A stretch of 62,642 bases of DNA, filler included, from 16 parts of 16 records of this genome joined end to end with filler, not necessarily neighbours in it, one strand, 5' to 3'; shown: positions 25,569-39,899, counted from the first letter of the whole stretch. A program made the numbers and translations. Notes: generated from the sequence alone by a model not told the origin.

Positions 25569-27396
25569 GTTTTGTAACAATTTGATGTATCACTCGTATA
25601 AATAGGAAAGAGCAAATTTAAAAATCCAGCAGAGTCATAAAGCGTTTTTCCATTATTGATAAGTATTTGTAAGAAAAATGGCACTGTTCAATGGTTACAA
25701 GGCAATGCATTGAATGCCTTAAGGGCATTTATTTTTAATAACAGGATTTAAATTCTAAAATACAACATAGAATTAATAAGGTATAGAATCAATACCCGAT
25801 ACAAAAACAAGTTAGAACGTGTTCTTATCAATAATAATTATTCAAATTGAATAATTCAATATTACGCAAAACTCATACACATACTTGTTTAAAGGGCCAT
25901 GTATAAATAATGTAGCATAGCACGCTCATTAATAATACTATAGTATTATTATAATACTATTANNNNNNNNNNNNNNNNNNNNNNNNNNNNNNNNNNNNNN
26001 NNNNNNTTAATTAATTAANNNNNNNNNNNNNNNNNNNNNNNNNNNNNNNNNNNNNNNNNNNNTTTTATTCTTGCATAAATGCGTGAATATTATTAATAAG
26101 CAATATTAGGCGTATAATATTATATTAGCAGCTCATCATTATAATGCGATAAAAGGCAAGGATTCAGATTCATGCATTTATCATAACTAATCTATTCAAT
26201 ATTTTGATATTATATTGTTATTAAATTATTATTATTTATTAGTTTTTAATAATAAATGGACTATAGTTCCATATATGGTGAAACCCCTACACGTACAAAT
26301 TAAGTTATGCAATATTCGATTCATATATAAATCATAACATTGCCAATAAAAGTACAATGTAAAAACATACTTCTCTTGTACTTAGGGTGAAGGGCTGTAG
26401 ATGGATACCAACTAAACGTTCCTCAGGTAGTTGACAAGGTTTTTCATCCTGTACAAACATTGTATTGTATTTTCTTGAATACATATCATAAACATATTAT
26501 AGAATAATTAAAAAACGTTCACTTCGCTTTTTTCCTTTAACCTCTTGTTTTCATAATGAACTGGAATTGAACCATAACTTTCAAAAAAATGTCCATCAAA
26601 TTCCTTGACGCTAAACATGTACATACATAGGTAATTGAGCATATTCTATTTCCTACTATGTCTATAGTAAAAATATTTATCAGTATCCAATATAATTTTG
26701 CTATATAATTACATACTTAATAATAATAAGTACTTATTATTAATAATAATAAATGCATAATTATATAGCAAAATTCTATTATATATAGCGTGTAAATTTT
26801 TGCAAAAATATTTAATATACTGTATATATGGTTATACAGTACAATATACAATTATTGTATTACAATACATTTTAATGTCATGGAAAATTATAAGCCTACT
26901 AATTATTTTTACTTATATTTACAAAAACAGGCTCAAAATCATAAAACAAAACAGGATATATTACTTGTTAGGCTTATATGTAAAGTGCTTATTAATTGGC
27001 TTTTGCAAAAACATTCTTATTGCTATTATTATAATGTATTATTATTATTAAATTACCACAGTAGATTTTTATGTTGGACCATATAATTTTAATTTTTATT
27101 AACTGCTATAGCATAGGTATATTATTATTAATTATTGTTATAATAATAACAATGGGTATGCATTTCACGGCAATGGATTATTAATTAATAGCACGCATAT
27201 CTGTGTATTGGTATTAATGGAAACATAATTGGGATGATAATGAAATCTGGCCAGATCGAATTACCACCATGCGTTGGCAACGCTTGCAATAGCGTGTAAT
27301 TTGATTTGTCCAAGGTTAGAAGTAAATTCATGCAAGTAAAATGCACTACATTTTATTAATAATAATATATATACCAATATATTATTATTAATAACA

Positions 27397-28011
27397 TTAT
27401 ATATATATATAGTAACAGTAACACGATAAGTAGTGGTTATTCAAAAACCTTTCATTTTCCTGAAAGACCTGCAAAAAGTTAGCCATATCTTTAATATTTT
27501 TTGGGTCAATATGAGGATTAATAAATCTGACTGACATAAATTCATGTTTCCAAGGAACAACAGTATTGGGAATATTATAGAGAGGGTTAGAATTGGTCGG
27601 AGTAAGAAAGCTATGATGGTACTCATTGGCGGGAGTGGCAGGTCTAACCGAAATTAATGGATTGGTAGGTTGTGCAGACAGCGAAGCATTATTCATGTTT
27701 GCAGCAGATTTCTCAAAGGGAGGGGTCATAAAAGAGTGAAGAACATTTGAATCGTAATTTGTTCCAAATATTTCGGTTGGTGTTGCAGGGGCTGATGTAG
27801 AAGTTTGTTGTTCAGGTTGAAAAATACTTGAATTCGCTTTGTTACCAATTTGTTCCTTTACCGAAGATAATACTTTGTTGAAAAAAGAGGAACCTCTCTT
27901 ATGGAAATCTTCAAGTTTTGAAAAAATGGTTTCTTCATCCTCATTTCTTCCTGCCTTATTTGCAGCACTGGCAGCAGCAATATCATTTAATTTTGATTTC
28001 AAAAAATCCAT
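27397..28011 (-). CDS. Uncharacterised protein exon (Ser/Pro/Asn-rich)
   Basis: 204-codon ORF with coding-like composition in AT-rich DNA and a probable donor after FLQ (~27467). Flanking exons unresolved. Confidence 0.5.
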   Translation of the reverse strand: MDFLKSKLNDIAAASAANKAGRNEDEETIFSKLEDFHKRGSSFFNKVLSSVKEQIGNKANSSIFQPEQQTSTSAPATPTEIFGTNYDSNVLHSFMTPPFEKSAANMNNASLSAQPTNPLISVRPATPANEYHHSFLTPTNSNPLYNIPNTVVPWKHEFMSVRFINPHIDPKNIKDMANFLQVFQENERFLNNHYLSCYCYYIYI

Positions 28012-31000
28012 ATTCTTTCACATGGATTACCTATTATTGCCACCACTAGTAGGCAAAGATTTATTACTAGCAGTGCTTGTCTAGTAGCACAAGGAAGGGC
28101 TTAATAAATGCTGAAATTCAAGATTTACTATGCATATATGAAAATGCAACAACTACAGTAGCAAGATTCTAATAATTAGACAAAAGTGAGCCAACCCCAT
28201 TTTTACGTGCTGCTTTGTCATATTATTATTATTAATGGTAATGTTGTGAATAAAGGATGAATTAATAAATGAATTATTGCCAGAAGAAACCCTCCTCATT
28301 ACCATAATGTACCTAGTCCAGTAGTAAAAGCATGGACTAGTCACAACATGGTAATAATATTCATATCAACAACATACCTACCACTTAGTAGCAATAATTT
28401 TGGCTCATTATTATCATAACATCAAAAACAGAGAAATTGTTTGGTTCCTTCTGACAATAATAACAGCATTGTTGCCATGGGCACTCTACGTAGTAAAAAA
28501 CGCTTTGGACGAAGTTTGCAAAAAAGAACTAACAACAATGGCTCCTAGAGACGTAGAGGTTCATCATAATAAGTGGCTTAGTAAGAACCCGCGCAGTCTC
28601 ATTAATTCCAACAAAATTATTATAATACATACTAACAAGAGATAAAGAGAAATACAGTATTTCAAATACCTGACAAGCAGGCAAATTGGAAAACAGTAGT
28701 TTGCTTTGCATATGTGGTTTGTTACTACATATATGTTGTACCTGTTCATCGATTAATTTTGCCTCGTTTGTTGAAACTGTTATTATAATGGATGGTACCT
28801 GGTACAATTGATCATTTCTATACAAAAGGATAGGAGTAGTAGCCATGTAATACTTTTAGAAAATATCAAAAGAAAAGTGCTGCTACTGATGGTAATAGTA
28901 AATAATTAATGATTTACAGTAATATTATCAGCTTTTATTATACCCGTTTACTAATCATGATACATACATACAGTGGAAACTAAGAGGATAAAGAAATTGT
29001 GGCAGCATTATAATAATGGTATTGTATCTTATTAATGTACTAATATGTACCATAGTAAAGCAAACAGATCATTGTTGCCATGGATGCAACGATTTAAATA
29101 TTGGAAAAACCCATTATTGTTAGTAAAACAGATCACATTTAGTTACTATGAAAACTCAAGGGAAAACTGTAAATATGATTATCATATTTGACATATTAGT
29201 CATATTTTCATAAAAATATGTATGTGCTGTTGCGGTTGCATCATTACATAATAATAGTAATACCTATACTGTACATCTAATATAGGCTAATAACATGCCC
29301 ACTCTGGTAACTCTCATTTTTTCTTGTCAGCCTCACTTTAAAACTGACATCTTTTTGTTATATTTGTAATGCGACATCTTTTTTGCTATAATCAATCTGA
29401 CATGTATTTCCAACAACATCTGAAGGTTAATAACAGCTGAGCATGCAACCTTTTATGTTGAGCATAAGGTTTTATTATTAACAAGCAGAAAAACACTATC
29501 AAATGGAAAAAGGACATTACCTCAAACAAATCAGATTTAGAAAAAGTGCAATTTAATCCGAACTAATCTCATCGAATTTAAAACACTTTTGATGTTAGTA
29601 AAATAAGAGTTATAAGCACACTATAACTAATCTGTCTGTCTACTAACAAGACAATCATCATTATACGCTCTGTGTTCTTACACACTATCCAGCGATTATA
29701 TTTCTGGAGAAATACACCAAGAACATATGGTGCTCTCACATAAAGATACAGGCAGGTTTAAACAGATATTGTACAATATATACGTAAACGTACAATATAT
29801 TCAATACCCTTAGTTAGGCTTAAAAATGTACAAGAAGCTACTTGAATCAACAGCAGTGTGAATCCACCCCTATGCCAAAATCAATGTTAGCAAGCATTTT
29901 TCTCAAAATGATAATGATATGAATAGCGGTAATGCATACCTGCCTGTACCCACATAGCAAGAAAACGCGATAGAAACCAATTAAGCTCACAAGAATTCTA
30001 GGCATAATTATAATTTGTAAGGTCTCTGCTATCTCTTATTGTTCTCATTTTATATTAATAATAATAATAATAATTACCTTATTTTCAAACAGGCAATCAC
30101 AAATGCCTATGTACAGTATATTATAATACCAAATGTAAAAGAGAGGCCAAAACAAATTTTTAAAATTTTCAAAGACTCCTCCCTATATAAAAAATTTATA
30201 TACCATTATCATTATTAAACAAATGCTAATATTTTATCAAATAATTACTAATAATAAGGACAGTCTAGGTTCTCTAGTTTGAAATTAATAATAATGATAT
30301 ATGTAATAGTAATTTGCATATGAATGCGGGCTTATTAGCAATAGTAATCTGACTTCTGAGTCCATTCATAATACCTACAGGTATTATTACTATTATATAA
30401 ATATAATAGTAATTATTGTATAAATTATTACAACTATTATTATAATAATTACTAAGCCATTTTTTTCAAAAATTATCATTATTATGAGGACAAAGCACCA
30501 TTATAAGCAAGCGATATACCACATGGAAAGCAATGCGATATTACTAAATGCGTGTTCAGTGAACACTGTTTTTTGGACCGAAAGAAAAAATTCTGGCTCA
30601 AAAATTGCCATTGTAAAATAGTCACCGGAGAGATAAGCAGAAAAAATATTCTGGGAAAATATTCGGAACACGAAAGAACTAATATTGTGAATATACCCTA
30701 ACTTGGAAGGCCTGAATTTATTATTATTAAAAAATTAAGCATAAATCAGTTATTATTAATAATTAATAGTTGCGATAGCAACTTGGACATCAGGCATTGG
30801 CTATATGTAACCTTTCAGCTTTATTAATAAATATTAATTATTAACAATAATTGAAAATGATTATTATAATAATTACGAGCCTTGAAAATTTAGAAATTTC
30901 TTTATTTTGAACCTCCAAAATTTATTATTATGTACTACTTCTGTTATTACTGTAGTACATGTATTATTGATACGGTGGCAGTGCTACCATTGCATTACTT

Positions 31001-31225
31001 GTATTATGTAACTACAATATATACTATTCAAACACTATATAGCAATATATTATAATAATATGAAAAATATAAACAACCTTTCATTTTCATCATCCTTTCT
31101 AAACGTGAATTCACCAGGTGGGTCTNNNNNNNNNNNNNNNNNNNNNNNNNNNNNNNNNNNNNNNNNNNNTTAATTAATTAANNNNNNNNNNNNNNNNNNN
31201 NNNNNNNNNNNNNNNNNNNNNNNNN

Positions 31226-32152
31226 ATGGATAGGCAAGGCATCCATTTCGCGAAATGGGCAGGCAAGCCATTCTATTCGTGAAATGAGCATTGCAAACAA
31301 TCTATATTGCAATAATAACTGATAATTTTCATTAATATTTACTAATGTTAATATCATTAATGAAATAATAATATACTAACATTATAATGATAGTAATAAT
31401 TAATAATATACCAATATTATATTGATAGTAATTTAATTACTCTAATAATACGCGCTATTTACTAATAATCAATATCAATCAATAAGTACTATTTATTCTT
31501 CACTTAACAGTGCTAACTAATATAAGATCGCAAAGTAAAGTAAATAGTAACATATTCGCAATAAATCAGTCATGCAGTATCATAAATAGATATACTCACA
31601 ATACGATATAAAGCGGGAAAAATTTAGTAAGATTTTAAATACCGTATTTATCAATAGTACCTAGTACACTAGTATTCTGAGGGCTATATTTGCGAATTCA
31701 TGGGGCTATACTTGAAATGGGGGGCTTTATTTGAGTAATCTAGGAGCTATTATATTTGTGAACACTGCTTGTAATAGTTATTTGTAATGGTTATTATTTA
31801 TTATGATGGATTGTTTGTAATGGTTATTTCCAAGGTATCGCCTTGGTTATTTCTCAAATGAGACATTTTACCTATCCATTTCGCAAAATGGACGTCCATT
31901 TCTATAAGTAAGTTTGCTTATGTCAGTCAGTAAAAGAGCCGAACGGCTACTAAACGAGTAGGCCTAATGTTAAGCTTAATGTAGTAACAAAAGGGGGAGG
32001 AGCTACGCTCACTATATAAGTAATTTTAGGACAAGCGTGCCCATTATTATTAATTATTGTATCCTCAATGAAGATTCCTCATGCAAGGCATTAGGAGTGT
32101 TGTTGTTCTTAGGCAAGGCATCCATTTCACGAAATGGACGTCCATTTCGCAT
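31226..32152. repeat. Dispersed CCATTTC(G/A)CGAAATGG palindromic repeat units in the spectraplakin intron
   Basis: aggcaaggcatccatttc.cgaaatgg at ~31232 and ~32111, and ccatttcgcaaaatggacgtccattt at ~31877. Probably MITE remnants. Confidence 0.6.
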
Positions 32153-32176
32153 CTGGAACATAACATACGTACTAAC

Positions 32177-33595
32177 CATAAACTTGTCCAAATGATCTTT
32201 AGCTGTTTCAGGCAACCCACCGACAGGCTGCATTTGAATGATCTTACCATCGACTTCACTCAACCAAAGAAGCATATTACGTATTTCACCTTGAAATCCT
32301 TGGGCTTCTTTTAATGCACCACTGAGAAGTTTGTATCTTTCGCCCAATTTGTATTGTACATAATCCCATTTCTGACGAAGTACATCTACCAAAGCTCTGG
32401 TTTGTGAAGATTCATCTGCATCTTCTTCCAACGCCATTTTCAAACCAATTTCAACAATAGCATTAAAGTTACTTTCATGGGCTTTAATGTCATTATGAAT
32501 AATTTTATGTTTAGCCATTTCAACCTCTATCTGATTGGTATTACCAGGCATGGCATGAAATTGCATGATGTTTTTCTCAGTGTGGTCCAACCAAGAAATT
32601 ATTTCCTTAGCAGCTTGCTGAAAATGTCCTAAATTCAACAAAGCAGCTTCCAACTTATGCTTTCTTTGAGAAATAACTTTCAATAGATTTTCCCATCTTT
32701 TTATCAAACATTCCATTGGTTCTTTTATGGTTATCGCATTTTCAGGTGTAGATTTGGCACACAGTTCATTGCATTGGTGATTTAATGATTCGATGTCGAT
32801 ATGTTTAGGCTCAACATAGGATTTAAAGTTAGTAATTTCACTTATTTGATTTTGGACAGAATTGGTATCGCTGGCCATAGGGGCTAAATTTGCAAATGCA
32901 TTTTCACTGTTATCAATCCATTTTTGCAGTGTAGACAATTTTTCCTGGAAAAGCAAAGCTTCTTCCATGGCTTTGTGAAATTCTTCATCTTTTTCCATCC
33001 ATTTAGCTTTCACGTCTTCAAACAATTGCTGTAGTTCATCAATATTCTTGCCAACTTCAGGCTTGTCTGGTTCATCTATGAGGACAATCAAATTATGCCC
33101 TGTTTCTGCACATTTCTCAATTCTTGGTTTTACTGACTCTAAATCCCTTCTCAATGCAAGATGGCATTCTTGTTGATTCTGAACATATGTGGGTTCAACT
33201 CCAGGCTTTTCCAATTGACAAAGTTTGTCATGAACGTCTTGTAGATCATTCATTGATGTGGTGAAATTATCCCAAAATTTCTCAGATGTATCCAAGGTTT
33301 TGTCCAAATGTACACTTTTCTCTTCAGCTTCTGCCAACAAGCCTTGATAGTGCTTTGTCAGATCAGATACTTTTGCTAAAAAATCATCCCCAAAACCTTG
33401 CTGGCCTAAATCAGTGGCACTAATTTCAGCAGCTTCAAGGGATGATAATTTCTCTTTGATGCTTTGCAGGAGCTTTTTATTAGAATCAATCTGATTTCTT
33501 AGTTTGTCAGGGTGTGCAGATACTGGAGCCATAGTTGCATTAACTTCAGAAATACTTTCAAAAGAATCACACAACTCAGATAGCTTATCTTCAAG
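32177..33595 (-). CDS. Spectraplakin (MACF1/dystonin/Shot-like) internal exon with spectrin repeats
   Basis: 1419-nt phase-0 exon (AG at 33597-33596, GT at 32176-32175). Repeated WL/W spectrin-repeat helices; EPDKPEV.K.IDEL, LEAALL.LG.FQ.A..E...WL, IEVE.AKH....NDI.AH and PVGGLPETA are spectraplakin-type motifs. Confidence 0.92.
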
Positions 33596-34194
33596 CTAAA
33601 AGAAGGATATTTGCAATAATATTTATTAAAAACTTTCAAAAAAATTACTGTTATTATTAATATTGAAATTTTTAAATATANNNNNNNNNNNNNNNNNNNN
33701 NNNNNNNNNNNNNNNNNNNNNNNNTTAATTAATTAANNNNNNNNNNNNNNNNNNNNNNNNNNNNNNNNNNNNNNNNNNNNTATATATATATATATATATA
33801 ATATTATATAACGATGGTTAAATAAATTTACTTTTGCTTTCAAGAAATAATTAATTTATTGAAAAATGAGGATTATTTATAAATAATAAAATTATGTAAT
33901 TATTTTTTTAATTAAAATTTTAAATTTTTTTTTAAACTTTGAATTTTCACTATGAAATTTACAAAGAATTGATTCGATTTTCAAAATTAAATTTGAAAGT
34001 TTAATTATTTGTTAAATTTAAAATTACTATATATTCTATTTAAAATAGCAAACTTAATGTAATATAGCGTTTTCCGTGAACCCCCAATTAGCTACAAAAC
34101 AAACAAATATATGCTGCCCCTTAATTAAGAACTTTGCCCAATTTTACCACATATTCACCTTCAATGAGTAAGTTTTCCTATTAACTCAATGAAA

Positions 34195-34660
34195 ATGGCG
34201 GGAAATCCTAAAGAGCGCGTTTTTACTACTATTAGGATTACTTTTCCCCAGGCACCCAAATTAAATGAAAATGCAGCTTAATATTGGATTAAATTAGCAA
34301 TATTATGCTACGAAAACAATTAATGATTGATTTTGACATAATATATTATTGTGAATTTAACAGCTGGGACGCTGAAGACTCAAGGCACAAGTCTCAGGAG
34401 CCCTTTATTCTTTAAGTGTGTTTAAACAACTAATTAATTGAAAATTTGTTAAATTTCAATAAACCACTACTCTAGGTATTGTATGGCAATTGAAATATAC
34501 AATTAATATGCGAACCATGGTACGTCCCCAGGTCCCCAACATAATACAGCGGCAGCACTATTCTGGGCGTGGCTAAAGCGAATGACATAAATGACGTCAC
34601 ATCTAGCCAAAACATTCCTTGTTCACGTGATCATTTGACCCACTTTCACCTGCAGCTGCT
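34195..34660. promoter_or_regulatory. Candidate promoter/enhancer motif cluster
   Basis: E2F-like GGCGGGAAA (34197), GC-box GGGCGTGG (34565), CRE TGACGTCA (34592) and E-box CACGTG (34624) in a locally GC-richer patch. Confidence 0.35.
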
Positions 34661-35201
34661 GCCTCCTGAATTATTGTCAAGCGCTTTCAAATGTCAGTTT
34701 GCCTGAAAAGTCATTCTGAGTTTTACCTTTTTCAAATTTGTGATGATAAACAATAAAAAGTTTCTTCAATATACGACGATTTAATAAAAATTTATTTTTT
34801 CAATAGTTTTTTAATAAGAATTATTATACTTTACTTTTTGCAACACATTTTTTTTGTTTCGAAAAAATAAACAAATTAATAAGTATAAACATATTGTTAT
34901 TATTATTATTAATATTGATAAACATAACCAAAACTGCATTGCTATTGTTAATAATAATAAAAAAAGGGCAAATTCATGCTCAACATGAAGATCATGCCCA
35001 TGTAGGTGTTAATAATGTATTGATTTGTTGCCATCTTGAAAAGTGTGAAAAGAAATAAATGCTTGTTGTCACGCAAGTAGTTTTAATATTATTGAAAAAT
35101 TTCATACTGCTTTATTATCAATTATTAATTATTCATGGTGAGTTGATATGGCAGATCCAGAGACCCCTTGTCAATTTATTGAACATGGGGTAAATTTGCT
35201 T

Positions 35202-37752
35202 TCAAAAAAGCCCTTCTGTTGTGGCAGAGTAGTTGAACGTCGCGTTTGAATTGAGGGTCGTAGTATTACCAAGTTGAGAGGATATTGCAATGGTTGTAGC
35301 TTTTAATTGTACAATAAGCAGCAGATAGGTTGCTATCATGCCAAAAACCTAAATTAAGTTTGGTTTCAACTATTTTATTAATGGTAATAGCAATATAACA
35401 TATTACAGAAGCAATATACCAATATTATATTGTATTATATAATATAATATTGCATTACATTATACTATATTGTCAATATAATATTATATTGTATTATATT
35501 ATATTGACAATATAGTATACTATACACACTATACTTGGAACATTCAATATGCCGATATAATATACTTACTGTAAACGCAAATTGCTTGTCCACAACAAAT
35601 GTGTATAGAAATGTTAAACCTGAAGGCATTGACATTTGGTGCCAGTAAACCTTTGCCTACAAAAGATAATGATAAAATTATAATGTATACTATATATACA
35701 TGATTTAGTATTATTAATTGGAGATAACTCTTATTATGAAAATATATTGTTCTTTCAATATATGGTAGGTTTTCAATAATTTTAATGTACTTTTAATTTT
35801 ATTAAATTTGAAATCTAACTAGCATTACTTTTAACATCATGTTACAATTTTATATATTTTTAAATTATTATTTTTATTTAAAATTACTTTTAATATGTCA
35901 TAATATATATTTTTAAATTATTAATTTGACTTGAATATGAACTTCTTTCTATTGTTAATAGTATTATTAATAAATATTTATTTTTAATATTTTTATATTG
36001 AATAATTAGTGCCTAAAGATCAATATTTAATAATTTTAAAATTTAATATTTTAATAATTAAAAACAAATTTAAAAACGCTGGTTTTCCACGTTATAAAAT
36101 AAGCTTTCTTTTTAAGTATTTCAGTATACTATGAAATACTATAAAATATAACAAAGTTCTATAAAATTCTATACTTTATCTTTATTAATAGTTATTTTTC
36201 ATAGTATATTATTGCTTATTACATGATTGCTTATGAAAAATACTGATTTATTGCTACTATAGTTACTATATATGTCTATCACTTTTTATCCTAATGTAGT
36301 TTTATTGTAATTCTGATTTTTATGTCAATCTTACAATTAGAAACATACCTCGGAACGCTTGTAGGGGGTCTTTGCAGCATTTAATTTCAATACTTGGTAT
36401 TTCATCCCTTCAAACTAAAATTTCAAAAAGCGTCAATAAAATTATCTACTAATATATTAAATATAACAAACAAAATATATGTCTCTAAATAATTTTTTAT
36501 TTTTCAATTTGTAAACCTTAGCTTTTAATTTTATTAAAATTTGAATTAAATTTTTTTGCTTTTATTAAATGGCTTGAATAATTTAAAAATAAAATGCAAT
36601 ATTAAAAAGTAATAAAAACAACCAATAAAAACCATAATTTTAAAAATCAAATTTACATAATTTAAAATATTATAAATAATTAAAAAAATTAAGATGGCTT
36701 TGTTAGCTTTATAAAAATCTTACAGCATTAAACATGACAATTCCAGCAGCAAAAATGGTCACAGTCTCAATCATAGCAGCAGAAATCCACATGATCAACA
36801 CCAGTGCTTCAATAAATGTGACATTTCCACTTGCTATGTCATCAACTACTTGGTATGCCATCAAAACCAATATAATACATGAACCACATATGTGTACAGT
36901 TTCCAGCCACCCAAATTTATTGTCCATTGTCATCATGAACCTTGTTGAGTTCAAATGCCTCATCCTAAAGCAATTCACATGGACTGAATTAAGCAAGGAA
37001 CCATCTTCTCCTGTATTTCTCACCAAAAAATTTAGGTCAATGTTATATTTATTTCTAATTAAAAATGCAAATGAAATTGTATGGGCCAAGCCATAAAGCC
37101 AAAAGGCTGATGTAAAATGAAACTGGATTGTGACTATAACCAACCATCCACTTCTAAAAGATTGATCATCAGTGTCTATGAAATGTTTTGGAGCATAGAT
37201 CATGTCAGTGGTGGTTGTGAAGACATCAGGAAGAACACCAATTAGGATACATGTAAACACCAAGCCTCCATGAAGCATCAGAAGTAGCCCAATTGCTACA
37301 AATTGGTGTTTCTTGATTAACTTTGGCAGTTCCTTGTATTCTGTCTTGATGTCTTGACACCAATTGGACTTGACTTGCATACATTCTCTCCATTTTTTGG
37401 CAAGAGACTGAAAACCTGATTTGGTGGAGGTTGTGTATCTAAGATAAGCCAATGATGCTATCATTGCCTTACTGCACCAAGCATGACATGCCAGATCCAA
37501 GAAAGTCTTGTTGTTGAACCCAGTGCTGTTGGTGTAGCATGTAAATTGCTTGAAGAAAAATGAAATGACACAAAGTCTAGCAAAAATGGCATACATGAGG
37601 GAGGCAACCTTTAAAATTGACTTTTTGTTCTTATTGCCCTTGTCATAGTCATAGGTGATGACACCAGATAAGGTACCAACTACATAAAGCCATTTCATCA
37701 GAGATTGGAGTTCATTTTCTTTCAGGTCAATGCTTTGGTATTCTGGAAACAT
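35202..37752 (-). CDS. Gustatory receptor-like (GRL / 7TM ion channel superfamily) protein, ~442 aa
   Basis: Exons 37752-36724, 36414-36349, 35656-35570 and 35348-35202, with three phase-0 introns near the 3' end. Multiple TM helices, GLT(F)...F.VDK in TM7a and the TM7b signature ATYLLLIVQL (TYhhhhhQF). Confidence 0.88.
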
Positions 37753-39154
37753 GGCACTAAATTTCTTCCAATAATATTATTATGGCATCCTATTTAGTAT
37801 GAAAGGGAGTATTGCTTTTATGATGGCACACCAAATTAAATATTCAAGAATTGCCCCTATGTTCATTTCATTATTATTATATAGCTTTTGTTCTCTACCC
37901 TGCTGAAAGGTATTGACGGAATTGTGCATGAGGTATGAACATGTACATGAATCCATAAATCAATAATAAAAGAGCATTCATTGTGTTTGTGGAGCCCTGA
38001 GCAAATAATTGGAAGCAATTGAATTATAGACATTGTAATGTTCAGCAAACATTGTGCAATTTGGAATCTTGAAATTAAACATACTAATGATATGCTGTAT
38101 TATAACATCATTAAAGTGGTTAATATGATATTGCCAACTATTGTTCCACTTGTATTGATTTTTACCCCCACATGGAGGACATGGCAAAATGCTTGGTTTA
38201 CCAAATACAAAAGAGGTATGTTATAATTAATGTAATATTATTATTGCATGTTGGTCATTTTCAGAATGCTGAGCTATTATGCATATATGTATATGAACTA
38301 ATAATAATAACCTATTAAAAAATACTAAAAAATGTTAATAAAATAAAATTAGTAATTAATTTATAATTAAAAGAAAAAATGAAAAATTTTTAAATAAATA
38401 ATAATTTAATAATAGAAATTAAAATTATAATATAAAATAATTTGAAAATATAATAATAAATTTATTAATTTAATAATACATTAATAATGTAATACATGTA
38501 ATAAAAAATTGCATTTAAAAAATCAAAAGTTTAACAGTATAGCCGAAACACCAATCTGTAATAAATTAAAATTATAGTAAATAATTTATGTCTTTTGAGT
38601 TGTAGATAATTTGAAATATTTTTGTAAACTTCAAAGCATAAATTCATAAATCAATTTTAATTAAATAGCATTGTACTTGTCCAAACATTGATAATAATAA
38701 TAATTTGATATTAATTAATATTTTATTAACCATAAGCATTTTCAAATGTTTTAATAAAGAAAATTATTGCTAAAGCATCTATGCATCTTGGGAACAAGTT
38801 GTTCCTGCAACAAGGGTAAGTTTGATGCTTACAATTACCAAGGGGGCATATATATCATTGTCGCATAATTGCAAGGGGCGTCTCCAGGGCTTTGCAAATC
38901 TAGGCACCAAGTATTACCAAGAAGTATTGACCCCCTTAGCTGTCCATATTTATTAGCGTCTCTATACAAATGGGGTTCATATCGTGCGCACGCTAACAGT
39001 GACGCTATTATAGCGTCATATTATACATATAATTCAATATGTAAATAAGAGGTGGTTGTAGTTCTGTTGTACATTAATATTATACAGTGGTAAGAAATGG
39101 AAAGTAAACATTCTTTACAAGGAAAGCTTAGCTTGATAATAAAAACAGCAAACT

Positions 39155-39421
39155 TCATCTTTCATCATTTGATTGATTTGTTACTTTTGGACAATTCTCT
39201 ATGGCATATTCATAGCTTGGAGGTTGCTCAGTGGGAATAATCTCACATGTGGTGTTTGTGTAGAAGACATTGGGTTCCCTCCCACACCCATTGTTTGGTG
39301 ATTGTGGACTTCTTCTTTCCTTACAGAAGTGTCTCTTACATCTTATGCATAATAAAAGTGCAAGAAAGAAAATAAGGATTCCAGAACCTATGCATAAACT
39401 AATAATCTCTTGATTGTCCAT
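39155..39421 (-). CDS. Small single-pass membrane protein with PPxY motif (88 aa)
   Basis: TM IISLCIGSGILIFFLALLLCI, basic/Cys juxtamembrane RCKRHFCK and cytosolic PPSYE. Confidence 0.7.
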   Translation of the reverse strand: MDNQEIISLCIGSGILIFFLALLLCIRCKRHFCKERRSPQSPNNGCGREPNVFYTNTTCEIIPTEQPPSYEYAIENCPKVTNQSNDER

Positions 39422-39899
39422 GGAGTTGCTATGTGATGCCCTTTAATAACACAAGAAGGTAGAGAAAAGCAAATGATCACAAGGTGCAAAATATTATCAA
39501 GCAGGTAAGAGTTTTTTCTACTAAAGGTAAAGTAATGCTTATTTCGAGATAAGATTTTTATCAAGGTGTAGCAGAACAATTTTAAAGAACAAATAAGAAC
39601 GTAATCTTGTGCTATTATTAATATTTATATTAATATTATTATNNNNNNNNNNNNNNNNNNNNNNNNNNNNNNNNNNNNNNNNNNNNTTAATTAATTAANN
39701 NNNNNNNNNNNNNNNNNNNNNNNNNNNNNNNNNNNNNNNNNNCAATCATAACGGTCACGTGATCGGCTGCAATCATTGCGCGCGCGACTGTAATGATTTG
39801 GCTTGCACTGTATTATAGTACTGCGGTATTACGTTATAGGCTATCATGTTGAATTCTTATTATTCACAAGATGTTGTCACAATTCGATTACATTATATT

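Noticed and set aside
32054-32176. C-terminal extension of the 506-aa spectrin-repeat ORF
   Set aside because: It is read-through into the intron past the ATG|GTTAGT donor and overlaps a palindromic repeat.
36734-37096. Antisense/overlapping ORFs (also 27839, 43072, 43559, 45159, 47390, 60296)
   Set aside because: They are shadow frames of well-supported genes on the opposite strand or in another frame.
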